A stretch of 64,000 nt of DNA from an uncultured Verrucomicrobiae bacterium (GTDB taxonomy: Bacteria > Verrucomicrobiota > Verrucomicrobiia > Limisphaerales > Palsa-1400), in contig OY969763.1 in NCBI GenBank assembly GCA_963702845.1, positions 2,304,001 through 2,368,000 on the forward strand, read 5' to 3'. The position numbers and the translations under genes are program-made. Shown here one piece after another: positions 1 through 8,822 of the stretch; the stretch's first letter is position 1; each line of letters opens with the position of its first letter. The notes below the pieces were generated by a model. That model saw only the letters and a program-made list of their open reading frames with translations, was not told the DNA's origin and searched no databases.

Positions 1-207
1 GAAGACCGCACCATAAAAATCCCAAGCTCCCCCGAAATCCGCGCCGACCTTCGCGCCATAAAAAAAGAGCCGACGAGCAGCGGCAACGTCCGCTTCACCT
101 CCGACCGCGGCGAAGCCGGCCACTCCGACCGCTTCTGGGCTCTGTCCTTGGCCGTGCGCGCCACCAAACAAAAACACCAACCCCTGGAAATCACCCTCGG
201 CTACTAA
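1..207 (+). CDS. Phage terminase large subunit, 3' end only (Mu gp28-like); not in the ORF track
   Basis: Frame 1 reads EDRTIKIPSSPEIRADLRAIKKEPTSSGNVRFTSDRGEAGHSDRFWALSLAVRA...LGY, stop at 205-207. GH(A/S)DRFWALxLA is the typical Mu-like TerL C-terminal motif, and a portal gene follows. Confidence 0.85.
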   Translation, partial: EDRTIKIPSSPEIRADLRAIKKEPTSSGNVRFTSDRGEAGHSDRFWALSLAVRATKQKHQPLEITLGY

Positions 208-210
208 CCG

Positions 211-492
211 TGCCGCAGACTTCCAAGTCTGCCGTATCGCAGGTTTCCAAACCTGCGTCGCGTTGAACCATATGAACCCATTAAAAACATCTCCGCATCA
301 AACCACGCGAAGCGTCTTGGACTGCGCCAGCCCTCTGGCGCTTTCACCAACGCGTGTCGCTCTTCACCTTCCCCTCCGCATCCTTGGTGTCTTGGTGGTT
401 CAAACTCTTTCCATTTTCCATATCCGTTCCGTGTTCGTCCGTGCCGCTTTCAAATTTCAAATCTGAAATTTCCAATTCATAACTCCCAAGTC
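211..492. repeat. Stack of short intergenic REP-like and heptamer repeats between terminase and portal
   Basis: Hairpins GCAGACTTCCAAGTCTGC (215-232) and GCAGGTTTCCAAACCTGC (239-256); GCGCCAG-CCCT-CTGGCGC; CCTTGGTGTCTTGGTGGTTCA (similar copy near 2979-3007); roughly 7-bp-period run CAAATTTCAAATCTGAAATTT. Confidence 0.7.
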
Positions 493-494
493 CC

Positions 495-1865
495 ATGAAT
501 CCATTCCAAACAATCACCAAAACTTTGAAAAACTTCATCGGCCTCGAAACCAAATCGACCCCACCCCTCCAAGCCTGGGTCAATGGCGACGACCTCGACG
601 CGCCAAAAACTAGACTCATCGATCCCTACGGCCAGAGCCCTTGGATCTACATCGCCATCTCCGTCCTTGGCGAAAACCTCGCCCACATTCCATTCCGCAT
701 CTCCCGCAGCAAACGCGGCGCCGACGATGTCATCGAATCCGGCCCCATCATCGACCTATTCGAAAATCCACATCCCAGCCTCACGCGCACATTGTTCTGG
801 CAAACCTTGGTAAGCTGGGAAGCCCTCCGCGGCGAATTCTTCATTTTGCCTTTGGATAAGAGTGATCGCCCGATGTCATTGAACGGCCCGCGCAGCGCGA
901 CGGGCCCTACCTCTTTGCTGCCGTTGAATCCGGACCACTTCCAACACATCGTCCACGGCAACAATCTGAGCGGCTGGCGCTACAACTGCCACGCCCCACA
1001 ACAACCAATCCAATCCCAGGTCCTGCTGCCCGAAGAAGTCATCCACTCCCGCAACTTCAACCCATACCTATTCTGGCGCGGCCTCTCGCCATTAACCGTC
1101 GCGCTATTGCCTGCCACCGCCGACTACGCCGCCGCCCAATTCATGAAAGGCGTCATGCTCAACAACGGCGACGCCGGCCTCATTGTCACCACACCTGACA
1201 TGCTCACCCCTGAACAAAAAGACCAACTACAAGCCTCACTCCAAAACCGCAAACGCGCCGTCGGCACCGCCGATAGACCGGCCTTCCTCTGGGGCAACGC
1301 CAAAATCGACAAACCGATGATCTCATCCGTCGATCTACAATTCATGGAAAACCGCCGCCTCAACCGCCAGGAAATTGGCGCGATCTACAAAGTCCCGGAA
1401 TCCATGATGGGCTTCACCGACAACAAAAGCGCGCTCAGCGCCGGCAGCAGCGTCGAGCAAGATCGCCTCAACTTCATCGAGAGCACCATGACCGGCATCT
1501 GCCGCCGACTCGAAGCCGCCATCGATCCCATCATCAAATCCTTCGGTGCAGACCTCTATGGCTGGTTCGATCTGGAAAGTTTGCCCATCATGCAAACCGC
1601 CCGCCGCCAACGCATCCAAAGCGCGAGCAACGCCTTCGCCATGGGCGTCCCCTTCAACGCCGTCAACCGGGTCTACCAACTCGGCTTCCCCAATTTCCCC
1701 TGGGGCAACGACGCCTACTTGCCAACGAATGTGCAAAGGGTCGGCAACTGGGTGCAGCCTCGTAAATTTGTAGGAGACGAGGTGACGAGGCGGACGGACG
1801 GCATCACCTACGGCGAGCAAGCGACAACAAAGCTTTTGGAATTGCTGGAAAGGAACGCGAAATGA
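495..1865 (+). CDS. Phage portal protein, HK97 family
   Basis: 456 aa with portal motifs: LFENPHPSLT..FWQ, GEFFI, EEVIH.RNFNP...WRGLSPL, DLQFMENRRLNRQEIGAIYKVP. Confidence 0.92.
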   Translation: MNPFQTITKTLKNFIGLETKSTPPLQAWVNGDDLDAPKTRLIDPYGQSPWIYIAISVLGENLAHIPFRISRSKRGADDVIESGPIIDLFENPHPSLTRTLFWQTLVSWEALRGEFFILPLDKSDRPMSLNGPRSATGPTSLLPLNPDHFQHIVHGNNLSGWRYNCHAPQQPIQSQVLLPEEVIHSRNFNPYLFWRGLSPLTVALLPATADYAAAQFMKGVMLNNGDAGLIVTTPDMLTPEQKDQLQASLQNRKRAVGTADRPAFLWGNAKIDKPMISSVDLQFMENRRLNRQEIGAIYKVPESMMGFTDNKSALSAGSSVEQDRLNFIESTMTGICRRLEAAIDPIIKSFGADLYGWFDLESLPIMQTARRQRIQSASNAFAMGVPFNAVNRVYQLGFPNFPWGNDAYLPTNVQRVGNWVQPRKFVGDEVTRRTDGITYGEQATTKLLELLERNAK

Positions 1866-1930
1866 TTTCAGCCACCGATGAAACACGGATTTTTATGAAG
1901 ATGAATGGAAACGAACCGGCACAGAAGACG

Positions 1931-2908
1931 TCAATTCTGACGCGCGCGAGCACGCTTCCTTTGAATGTACGCGGGGTCATTAGTAACGAGGTCCGGCGCC
2001 ATCTTCTCAGCATAGTTTGTGACCAGAACCCTGACACGCTCTTTTGGGTCAATCAGCCCTTGGCGAACGAGATCTTTAGGAATCGGCTCATGCTCGCTCA
2101 GGAACCACAAACCGTAGTAGCCAGCGAAGCGATTAGAATCATTTGTCGACGCAACATAATTAGTCAAAACAGACATTACTTTTTCAGGAGCGACGCCCAG
2201 TCTTCCCGCGCTCCACGCTGCGAGATGCGCAAACTGATCATTCGTGCTCTGCGCAATGCTCAAAAGGACTGGCACTGCCGGCATAGCGTTCGTACCCAAA
2301 TAGTGCATTTGACCGATCGCTTTGATGGCTTCAATCCGGTGAAGGTTGTTAGGGCCGCCAGCCTGCACAAATGTGAGAAGAAAATCCAACGCCTGCGGAC
2401 CGAGATATTGCATAGCTTCAGCGTTCCTGCTTGCCTCCCCGTGATTAGTTGCCGCAATGAATGCGCGCTCAAGCTCAGGCAAAGCACTCACCGCATTCGT
2501 GCCAAGGATTTCGAAGCCCGAGGTGACAAGACCTTGATTCCGTTGGGGGCTCGCATGGTTGATCAGATATCTGATCCAGTCATATCGATAGTCGCGAGGC
2601 AGTTCAAAAAAACGCGTTCGTGTTGCCTTCAAAGTTTCGGAATCTTGTCCTCGATTCCACTTCAACAAGATAGGCACCGCATTACTGCCAATAGCGCGTA
2701 CTGCAGCAGCTGCTGCTATTGCCGTTCGGTTCGTGTACACGAAACCTCGATCGCCGATATCCAAGGAATGGTCGTGCAATATCAACCACTCACTCAACGT
2801 CCGCCCATTATAAGAAGGCTCCTTCTCGCGAAACCCGAAAAACCAAATCGCCAAAACTGCAATCAAACCACACAACGCGCAGAGCAAAATTTTCCACCGT
2901 CGCCTCAC
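1931..2908 (-). CDS. Membrane-anchored HEAT-repeat protein (EPxYxG..LSEWL family)
   Basis: N-terminal TM helix, then EPSYNGRTLSEWL and repeated IGSNAVPIL / LGTNAVSALPEL / LGTNAMPAVPVL units. Confidence 0.8.
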   Translation of the reverse strand: MRRRWKILLCALCGLIAVLAIWFFGFREKEPSYNGRTLSEWLILHDHSLDIGDRGFVYTNRTAIAAAAAVRAIGSNAVPILLKWNRGQDSETLKATRTRFFELPRDYRYDWIRYLINHASPQRNQGLVTSGFEILGTNAVSALPELERAFIAATNHGEASRNAEAMQYLGPQALDFLLTFVQAGGPNNLHRIEAIKAIGQMHYLGTNAMPAVPVLLSIAQSTNDQFAHLAAWSAGRLGVAPEKVMSVLTNYVASTNDSNRFAGYYGLWFLSEHEPIPKDLVRQGLIDPKERVRVLVTNYAEKMAPDLVTNDPAYIQRKRARARQN

Positions 2909-3088
2909 ACCCCGAGCCTCTCAATTCAAAGTTCGATGATCAAGGTTCAATGTTCGGCGTTCGCTTTCACCTCCGCCCCCTTGGTGCCTTGGCCTCTTGG
3001 TGGTTCATTTTGTTTCGATGACGCAAGTCACGCTCCCAACTCGAAAAGATTTGTTTTGAGGTCAGTTTTTCGGCATGTTCTGCGCTCC

Positions 3089-4390
3089 ATGCAACAAATC
3101 AATTTAGGCATGATTGGCGGCGGAACCGTGGGCAGTGGTGTGTATCACCACTTGCACAATAACGGTGCCCTGCTCGCCTCCCGCCTTGGCGTAAAAGTCG
3201 CCATGCGCAAGATTGCCGTCAAAGCTTTCGACGAACCTCGCCCTTACGAAATTCCCACGCCGTTGATGACTACCGACTGGCAGGAAGTCGTCAATGATCC
3301 GCAGATTCAAATCATCATCGAATTGATTGGCGGAACCGGTCTCGCGAAAACAATCATCCTGGCCGCACTGAAGCTGGGCAAACCCGTCATCACTGCAAAC
3401 AAAGCGTTGATTTCCGCGCACGGCGAAGAACTTTTTGCCGCAGCCGCAGCCTCCGGCACGAATTTATATTACGAAGCCAGCGTTTGCGGCGGCATTCCGA
3501 TCATCAAAGCGTTACGCGAAGGCTTTGTCGGCAATCGCATCACGCACATGTACGGAATCGTCAACGGCACGTGCAACTACATCCTCACGCGTATGAAGCT
3601 GGAAGGTTCGGATTTCGAACCGACCCTCAAAGACGCGCAAAAACTCGGTTACGCCGAAGCCAATCCTTCCCTGGACGTCGACGGCTTTGACGCAGAACAC
3701 AAGATCGGAATCCTCGCGTCACTCGCTCACGGTTTCTGGGTCAAGCCGGAGAAGATTTCCGTTGAAGGCATCGGTTCCGTTGGCAAAACGGACATCGAAT
3801 TTGCCGGTAAGCTTGGTTACACCATCAAACTGCTCGGCATCGTGAAGCTCATCGAAAAGCGCGGGATTCAGGTCTCGGTTTCTCCAACCCTGGTTCCAAA
3901 CACACACGTTCTCGCGAATGTGAATCAGGTATTCAACGCCGTGTTCGTCCGCGGCGATGTTGTTGGCGATACGCTTTTCTACGGACGCGGCGCAGGCAAA
4001 GACGCAACCGCAAGCGCCGTCCTCAGCGATATCGGTGATGCCGCCCTCGATCTTAAGCTCGGCACCAAACAACGCATCCCTCCATTTGTGCAAACCGATG
4101 GCCAGGGCGTAGTTTTGCCAGTCGACGAAGTCAGCTCGCGATACTATCTGCGTCTGAGCGTAGTCGACAAACCCGGCACACTCGCCCAAATCACGAGCCT
4201 TCTCGCCGACTCAAACATCGGCATTTCCTCCGTGATCCAGCCCGAAGGCCACGAAGCCGCCAGCGTCCCGCTGATTTTGATGACGCATGAAGCCCCCTAC
4301 GGCGCGATGAAGAAAGCCCTCGACGCCATCGCCAAGCTGCCGGTGATCAAATCCAAACCAGTCATGATGCGCGTGGAGACATTCGCCTGA
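3089..4390 (+). CDS. hom: Homoserine dehydrogenase with C-terminal ACT domain
   Basis: True start MQQINLGMIGGGTVGSG (ATG 3089); VITANKAL, YEASVCGGIP, NGTCNYIL, GYAEANP, GRGAG; ACT domain DKPGTLAQI. Confidence 0.95.
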   Translation: MQQINLGMIGGGTVGSGVYHHLHNNGALLASRLGVKVAMRKIAVKAFDEPRPYEIPTPLMTTDWQEVVNDPQIQIIIELIGGTGLAKTIILAALKLGKPVITANKALISAHGEELFAAAAASGTNLYYEASVCGGIPIIKALREGFVGNRITHMYGIVNGTCNYILTRMKLEGSDFEPTLKDAQKLGYAEANPSLDVDGFDAEHKIGILASLAHGFWVKPEKISVEGIGSVGKTDIEFAGKLGYTIKLLGIVKLIEKRGIQVSVSPTLVPNTHVLANVNQVFNAVFVRGDVVGDTLFYGRGAGKDATASAVLSDIGDAALDLKLGTKQRIPPFVQTDGQGVVLPVDEVSSRYYLRLSVVDKPGTLAQITSLLADSNIGISSVIQPEGHEAASVPLILMTHEAPYGAMKKALDAIAKLPVIKSKPVMMRVETFA

Positions 4391-5475
4391 TGAATTCAAT
4401 CCAACCACAATCAGGAAGCCGTTGGCGCGGTGTCATTCATGAATACCGGCAATACCTGCCGGTAACGGAAAATTCGCCCATCGTTTCTCTAAACGAAGGC
4501 AACACCCCGCTCGTTCGCGCGGATAATTTTGTCGAAGCGATCGGCGGCAGTTGCGAGCTTTGGCTTAAATACGAAGGCATCAACCCCACCTGCTCTTTCA
4601 AAGATCGCGGCATGACCATGGCCGTGACGAAAGCCGTCGAACGCGGTGCCCAAGTCGTCGTTTGCGCTAGCACCGGCAATACATCGGCAGCGGCCGCTGC
4701 TTACGCCGCTCGCGCGAAGCTCAAATGCGTCGTGTTGTTGCCGAATGGAAAAATTGCTTTAGGAAAATTAGCGCAATCGCTGATGTACGGAGCGACCACC
4801 ATTGCGATCGAAGGTAATTTCGATGAAGCGCTGCGCATCGTCCGTGAACTCGGCGAAACCGGGAAAGTCGAAGTCGTCAACAGTATCAATCCTTCACGCA
4901 TCGAGGGACAAAAAACCGCGTCATTCGAAATCTGCGATCAACTCGGGCGCGCGCCTGACTTTCATTTCCTGCCAGTCGGAAATGCGGGCAACATCACGGC
5001 CTATTGGCGCGGCTACAAAGAATATCACGCTGCGAAAAAATCCGACCGCCTACCGCGCATGTTCGGTTTTCAGGCAGCCGGCTCCGCTCCGATCGTCGAC
5101 GGCGCTCCTGTCACGCACCCGAACACCGTTGCCACGGCCATTCGCATCGGTAACCCCGCAAGCTGGCAACAAGCGACCGCTGCGTTGAAAGAATCCAAAG
5201 GCCACATCGACAAAGTCACCGACGAAGAAATCCTCGCCGCATACAAATTGATTGCGCGCACCGACGGAATTTTTGTAGAACCAGCCTCCGCCGCGTGTCT
5301 TGCTGGTCTGATTAAATGCGTCAAAGCCGGGAAAATTCCCGAAGGCAGCGTCATCACCGCAACGATGACCGGCCACGGTTTGAAAGATCCGGATAACGCA
5401 ATCAAGACAGCCGGTTTCGAACCCATCGTGGTTGAAGCGAATAAAGAAGCGGTGATGAAAGTGATCGGATTATAG
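4390..5475 (+). CDS. thrC: Threonine synthase
   Basis: EGNTPL, NPTCSFKDRG (PLP lysine), CASTGNTS, PVGNAGN, TGHGLKD; coupled to hom. Confidence 0.95.
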   Translation: MNSIQPQSGSRWRGVIHEYRQYLPVTENSPIVSLNEGNTPLVRADNFVEAIGGSCELWLKYEGINPTCSFKDRGMTMAVTKAVERGAQVVVCASTGNTSAAAAAYAARAKLKCVVLLPNGKIALGKLAQSLMYGATTIAIEGNFDEALRIVRELGETGKVEVVNSINPSRIEGQKTASFEICDQLGRAPDFHFLPVGNAGNITAYWRGYKEYHAAKKSDRLPRMFGFQAAGSAPIVDGAPVTHPNTVATAIRIGNPASWQQATAALKESKGHIDKVTDEEILAAYKLIARTDGIFVEPASAACLAGLIKCVKAGKIPEGSVITATMTGHGLKDPDNAIKTAGFEPIVVEANKEAVMKVIGL

Positions 5476-5476
5476 T

Positions 5477-6697
5477 ATGGCTTTAATCGTTCAAAAATAT
5501 GGCGGGACATCAGTGGGCAATCCCGAACGGATTAAAAATGTCGCTGCTCGCGTTTCGAGCTATCGCAACAAAGGCGATCAGGTTGTCGTTGTTGTGTCCG
5601 CCATGAGCGGCGTGACTGACAACCTCATCAAGATGGCCAAGGAAATCATGCCGCTCCCGAATGAGCGCGAAATGGATATGCTTTTGGCCACCGGCGAACA
5701 GACGACGATTGCTCTCACCGCCATTGCTCTGCATTCCCTTGATATTCCCGCCGTTTCGCTGACCGGTGCGCAAGCCGGTATCGTCACCGACGGCGTTCAC
5801 ACAAAAGCGAAAATTCAAAATATTTCGCCCAAGTCTGTCCACCAATCACTCGACGCGGGCAACGTCGTCATCGTCGCAGGTTTCCAGGGACAGACCATGG
5901 AAGGCCAGATCACAACACTCGGTCGCGGCGGTTCTGACCTGACTGCCATCGCTCTGGCGGCCGCGTTGAAAGCCGATCTTTGCCAGATTTATACTGACGT
6001 TGATGGCGTCTACACCGCCGATCCTCGCATCGTCCCAAGCGCGAAGAAGCTCGCAGAGATTTCTTACGACGAAATGCTCGAGCTCGCGAGCCTCGGCGCA
6101 AAGGTGATGCAATCGCGCTCAGTTGAATTCGCGAAAAAATTTGGCGTAGTGTTTGAAGTGCGCTCCAGTTTGAATGACAACCCAGGAACAATTGTGAAAG
6201 AAGAAACTCTCAGCATGGAAGGCGTCGTCATTCGCGGCGTCTCGCTCGACAAAAATCAAGCCAAGGTCACGCTCATTGCCGTGCCCGACCGACCAGGCGT
6301 CGCCGCCCACGTGTTCAAGGCCATTGCCGAAGCGAACATCAATGTGGACATGATCGTTCAGAACATCAGCCACAACACCGGCGCGCCCGCCACTGATATT
6401 TCCTTCACCGTCGACAAACCGGAACTACTTAAGGCAAAGAAAGTTATCGACAGTCTCAAAGACAAGATCGGTTTCCGCGACGTCATCGCCGATGAAAAAA
6501 TCGGCAAGCTTTCCATCGTTGGCGTCGGCATGCGCAGCAATGCTGGCGTGGCCGCAAAAATGTTCGAAACACTCGCGAACAATGGAATCAACATCGACAT
6601 GATTTCAACCAGCGAGATTAAAATTTCAGTGGTCATCGAACTCACGAAGGGTGAGCAAGCGATGCGCGTCATTCACGAAGCATTTTTAGGAAAGTAA
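5477..6697 (+). CDS. lysC: Aspartate kinase
   Basis: VQKYGGTSV, TTLGRGGSD, YTDVDGVYTADP, two ACT domains (ISTSEIKIS). Confidence 0.96.
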   Translation: MALIVQKYGGTSVGNPERIKNVAARVSSYRNKGDQVVVVVSAMSGVTDNLIKMAKEIMPLPNEREMDMLLATGEQTTIALTAIALHSLDIPAVSLTGAQAGIVTDGVHTKAKIQNISPKSVHQSLDAGNVVIVAGFQGQTMEGQITTLGRGGSDLTAIALAAALKADLCQIYTDVDGVYTADPRIVPSAKKLAEISYDEMLELASLGAKVMQSRSVEFAKKFGVVFEVRSSLNDNPGTIVKEETLSMEGVVIRGVSLDKNQAKVTLIAVPDRPGVAAHVFKAIAEANINVDMIVQNISHNTGAPATDISFTVDKPELLKAKKVIDSLKDKIGFRDVIADEKIGKLSIVGVGMRSNAGVAAKMFETLANNGINIDMISTSEIKISVVIELTKGEQAMRVIHEAFLGK

Positions 6698-6723
6698 GAA
6701 GAGCAGTTAAGGATTCTTAACTG

Positions 6724-8800
6724 TTATTGCTTGTCGAGCGTTGGCAGATCAAACCAGAAAGTCGAGCCTTCTCCGGGTTTTGAGATAAGCCCGACAGCGC
6801 CTCCGAGGCGCTCGATCCCCTTCTTAACAATAGCCAGACCTATGCCGGTCCCGGGATATGCGTCACTGGGATGCAACCGTTCAAAGACTCGGAAGATGCG
6901 CTGCTGATGTTCTGGCGCGATTCCAATTCCTTGATCGGAAATGTAAAACCGAACGCGATTTTCCGGCAGCTGTTCGGTCCAAATTTTTATGTTTGGGCTG
7001 GCGCCTTTCGGGTGAAACTTTAATGCGTTTCCGAGCAAGTTGTTCAACGCCAACTCAACCACTGTGCGATGCGCACGGACACACGGGAACGATTGTTTCT
7101 TTTCAATCTTCGCATTCTTTTCGGCAATCTCGTTGGCATAATTGGCCATCACACGAGCCCAAACCGTTTCCACCTCGATCGGTCCGACGGTAACTGCACT
7201 GTGGTAATCCTGGCATAATCGAGCAAGTCACGGATCAAATCATCCATGCGTTGGGCTGCATCCATGACACGCCAAAAATAATCCTGCCCGTCTTTGTCGA
7301 GTTTTTCCGCGTAATCCTCCATCAGGATTCGGGACATGCCTTGAATAGCGCGCAACGGCGCACGTAAATCATGGGCAATGCTGTAACTGAAAGCCTGCAT
7401 CTCCTCGTTGCTGCGCTGGAGAGAACGAGTGCGCTCTTCCAATTCCGAGTTTGTCGCACGCAGTTGTTCTTCAGCCTTGCGCAACTCGGTCACGTCTTGT
7501 GCGATACCCATCAACACGTTCGGATGGCCGTGCGCATCAAAAGAAAAATAGCCCTGGCAATGCAAGTGCCGCATTTCGTCGGCACGCCAGATATCGATGA
7601 TAAAAATCGATCGGCGTCCCTGAGTTCAGCCCTTTGCGAATCATCGCGTCAACGGCGGCACGATCTAGCCGGATGCACCAGTTCCAGATATTGGGTATAA
7701 GTCGGTTTGAACGCGCCTTGTCTACGCCGAAAATTTTGTAAAGTTCATCGCTCCAGATCAGATCATCGTCGTCGCAGACGCCATTCCCAACCGCCGACAT
7801 GGGCCAGCGCTTCGGCGCGCGGCGAGCATCATTCGTTCGCGCCGTAACGCGGCTTCGGCCAATTGCTTTTTCTGTGACGTCCTCGATTGAGACGAGCAAC
7901 AGCGGCGTTTTCCGCGGATTGCCGGTAAAACGGGCGCGCCGAAATCAGCAAGGTGCGTGGCGTTTGGCCTCGCGCACCCATGAGCGTGCCATTCGTATGC
8001 CGGAAGATCAAGCGAATATCGTCAACTGGTCGTGCGACGATCAGAGCTACATCGCTTAACGCGTCACGTAATATGCCCTCCATTCGACCCGCAATTCCAG
8101 AAGCTTCTGTGAAAAACGAATTGCCGAACGCTTGACGACACGCCGAATGCTCGTGTGAACGCTGCGATTAAAGGTGACAACGGCGCATCCGCGGATCCAA
8201 CACAGCCAAGGTTGACGAATCGTTTGCACGATGTTCTCGGAAAAATCGTGCGCATCCTTCAGTTCTTCCGTCCGTTGTTTAAGAGGCGTTAGGTCGATGA
8301 TGCGCGGTTTGATATGGTCGGCTCCCTGGCGATGGAAAAAGTTGCTGATCAACTGAACTTTGCGATCCGGCGTTTGTCCGCGGTGCGCAGACGCAACTCG
8401 CTGACGGCCGGATCTGTCCCAGCTGCTGTGGCAACGGTCGGAGGTGCTTCTTGAAAAAGTCGTATCCTGCGGCTCGACGAGGTACGCTGAAGGAAAGTAA
8501 AGTGAGTTTGTCCGGCGCGATACACCAAGCAGAGTGCAAGCGGCCTCATTCATTTCGCGGATAAAACCATCCGAGTCAATCACCACGAAGGGGCACCGGC
8601 CCGCGCAGCACCATGCCGCTAAAGCGGGTCCGCAACTCGGCGAGTTCGTTGCGCAACTTTTCTTGGGCGCCTGAAGTCGCTCTTCACCGGGCGGCGTCGC
8701 ATGCAAGTGTGTCGATGCAACGGAACTGTCGGTCAAGATCTCATGTGATCTTGGTTTTCTTCGGTCGCGAAATATTACGTCGTTTTTTCAAGCAGTTACT
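6724..8800 (-). pseudogene. Multi-PAS sensor histidine kinase split by many frameshifts (pseudogene or sequence errors)
   Basis: PAS fragments (EMNEAACTLLG; ENIVQTIRQP; WSDELYKIFG), HisKA (FSYSIAHDLRAPLR) and HATPase (NLLGNALKF, DQGIGI, GTGIGL) lie in different frames. The 5' boundary is approximate. Confidence 0.8.
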
Positions 8801-8822
8801 GTTCGGACCTGTTCGTTAAACG

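Noticed and set aside
1862..3088. 409-aa N-terminal extension on homoserine dehydrogenase (842-aa ORF)
   Set aside because: It is the antisense shadow of the HEAT gene plus intergenic repeats; the Rossmann motif begins right after ATG 3089.
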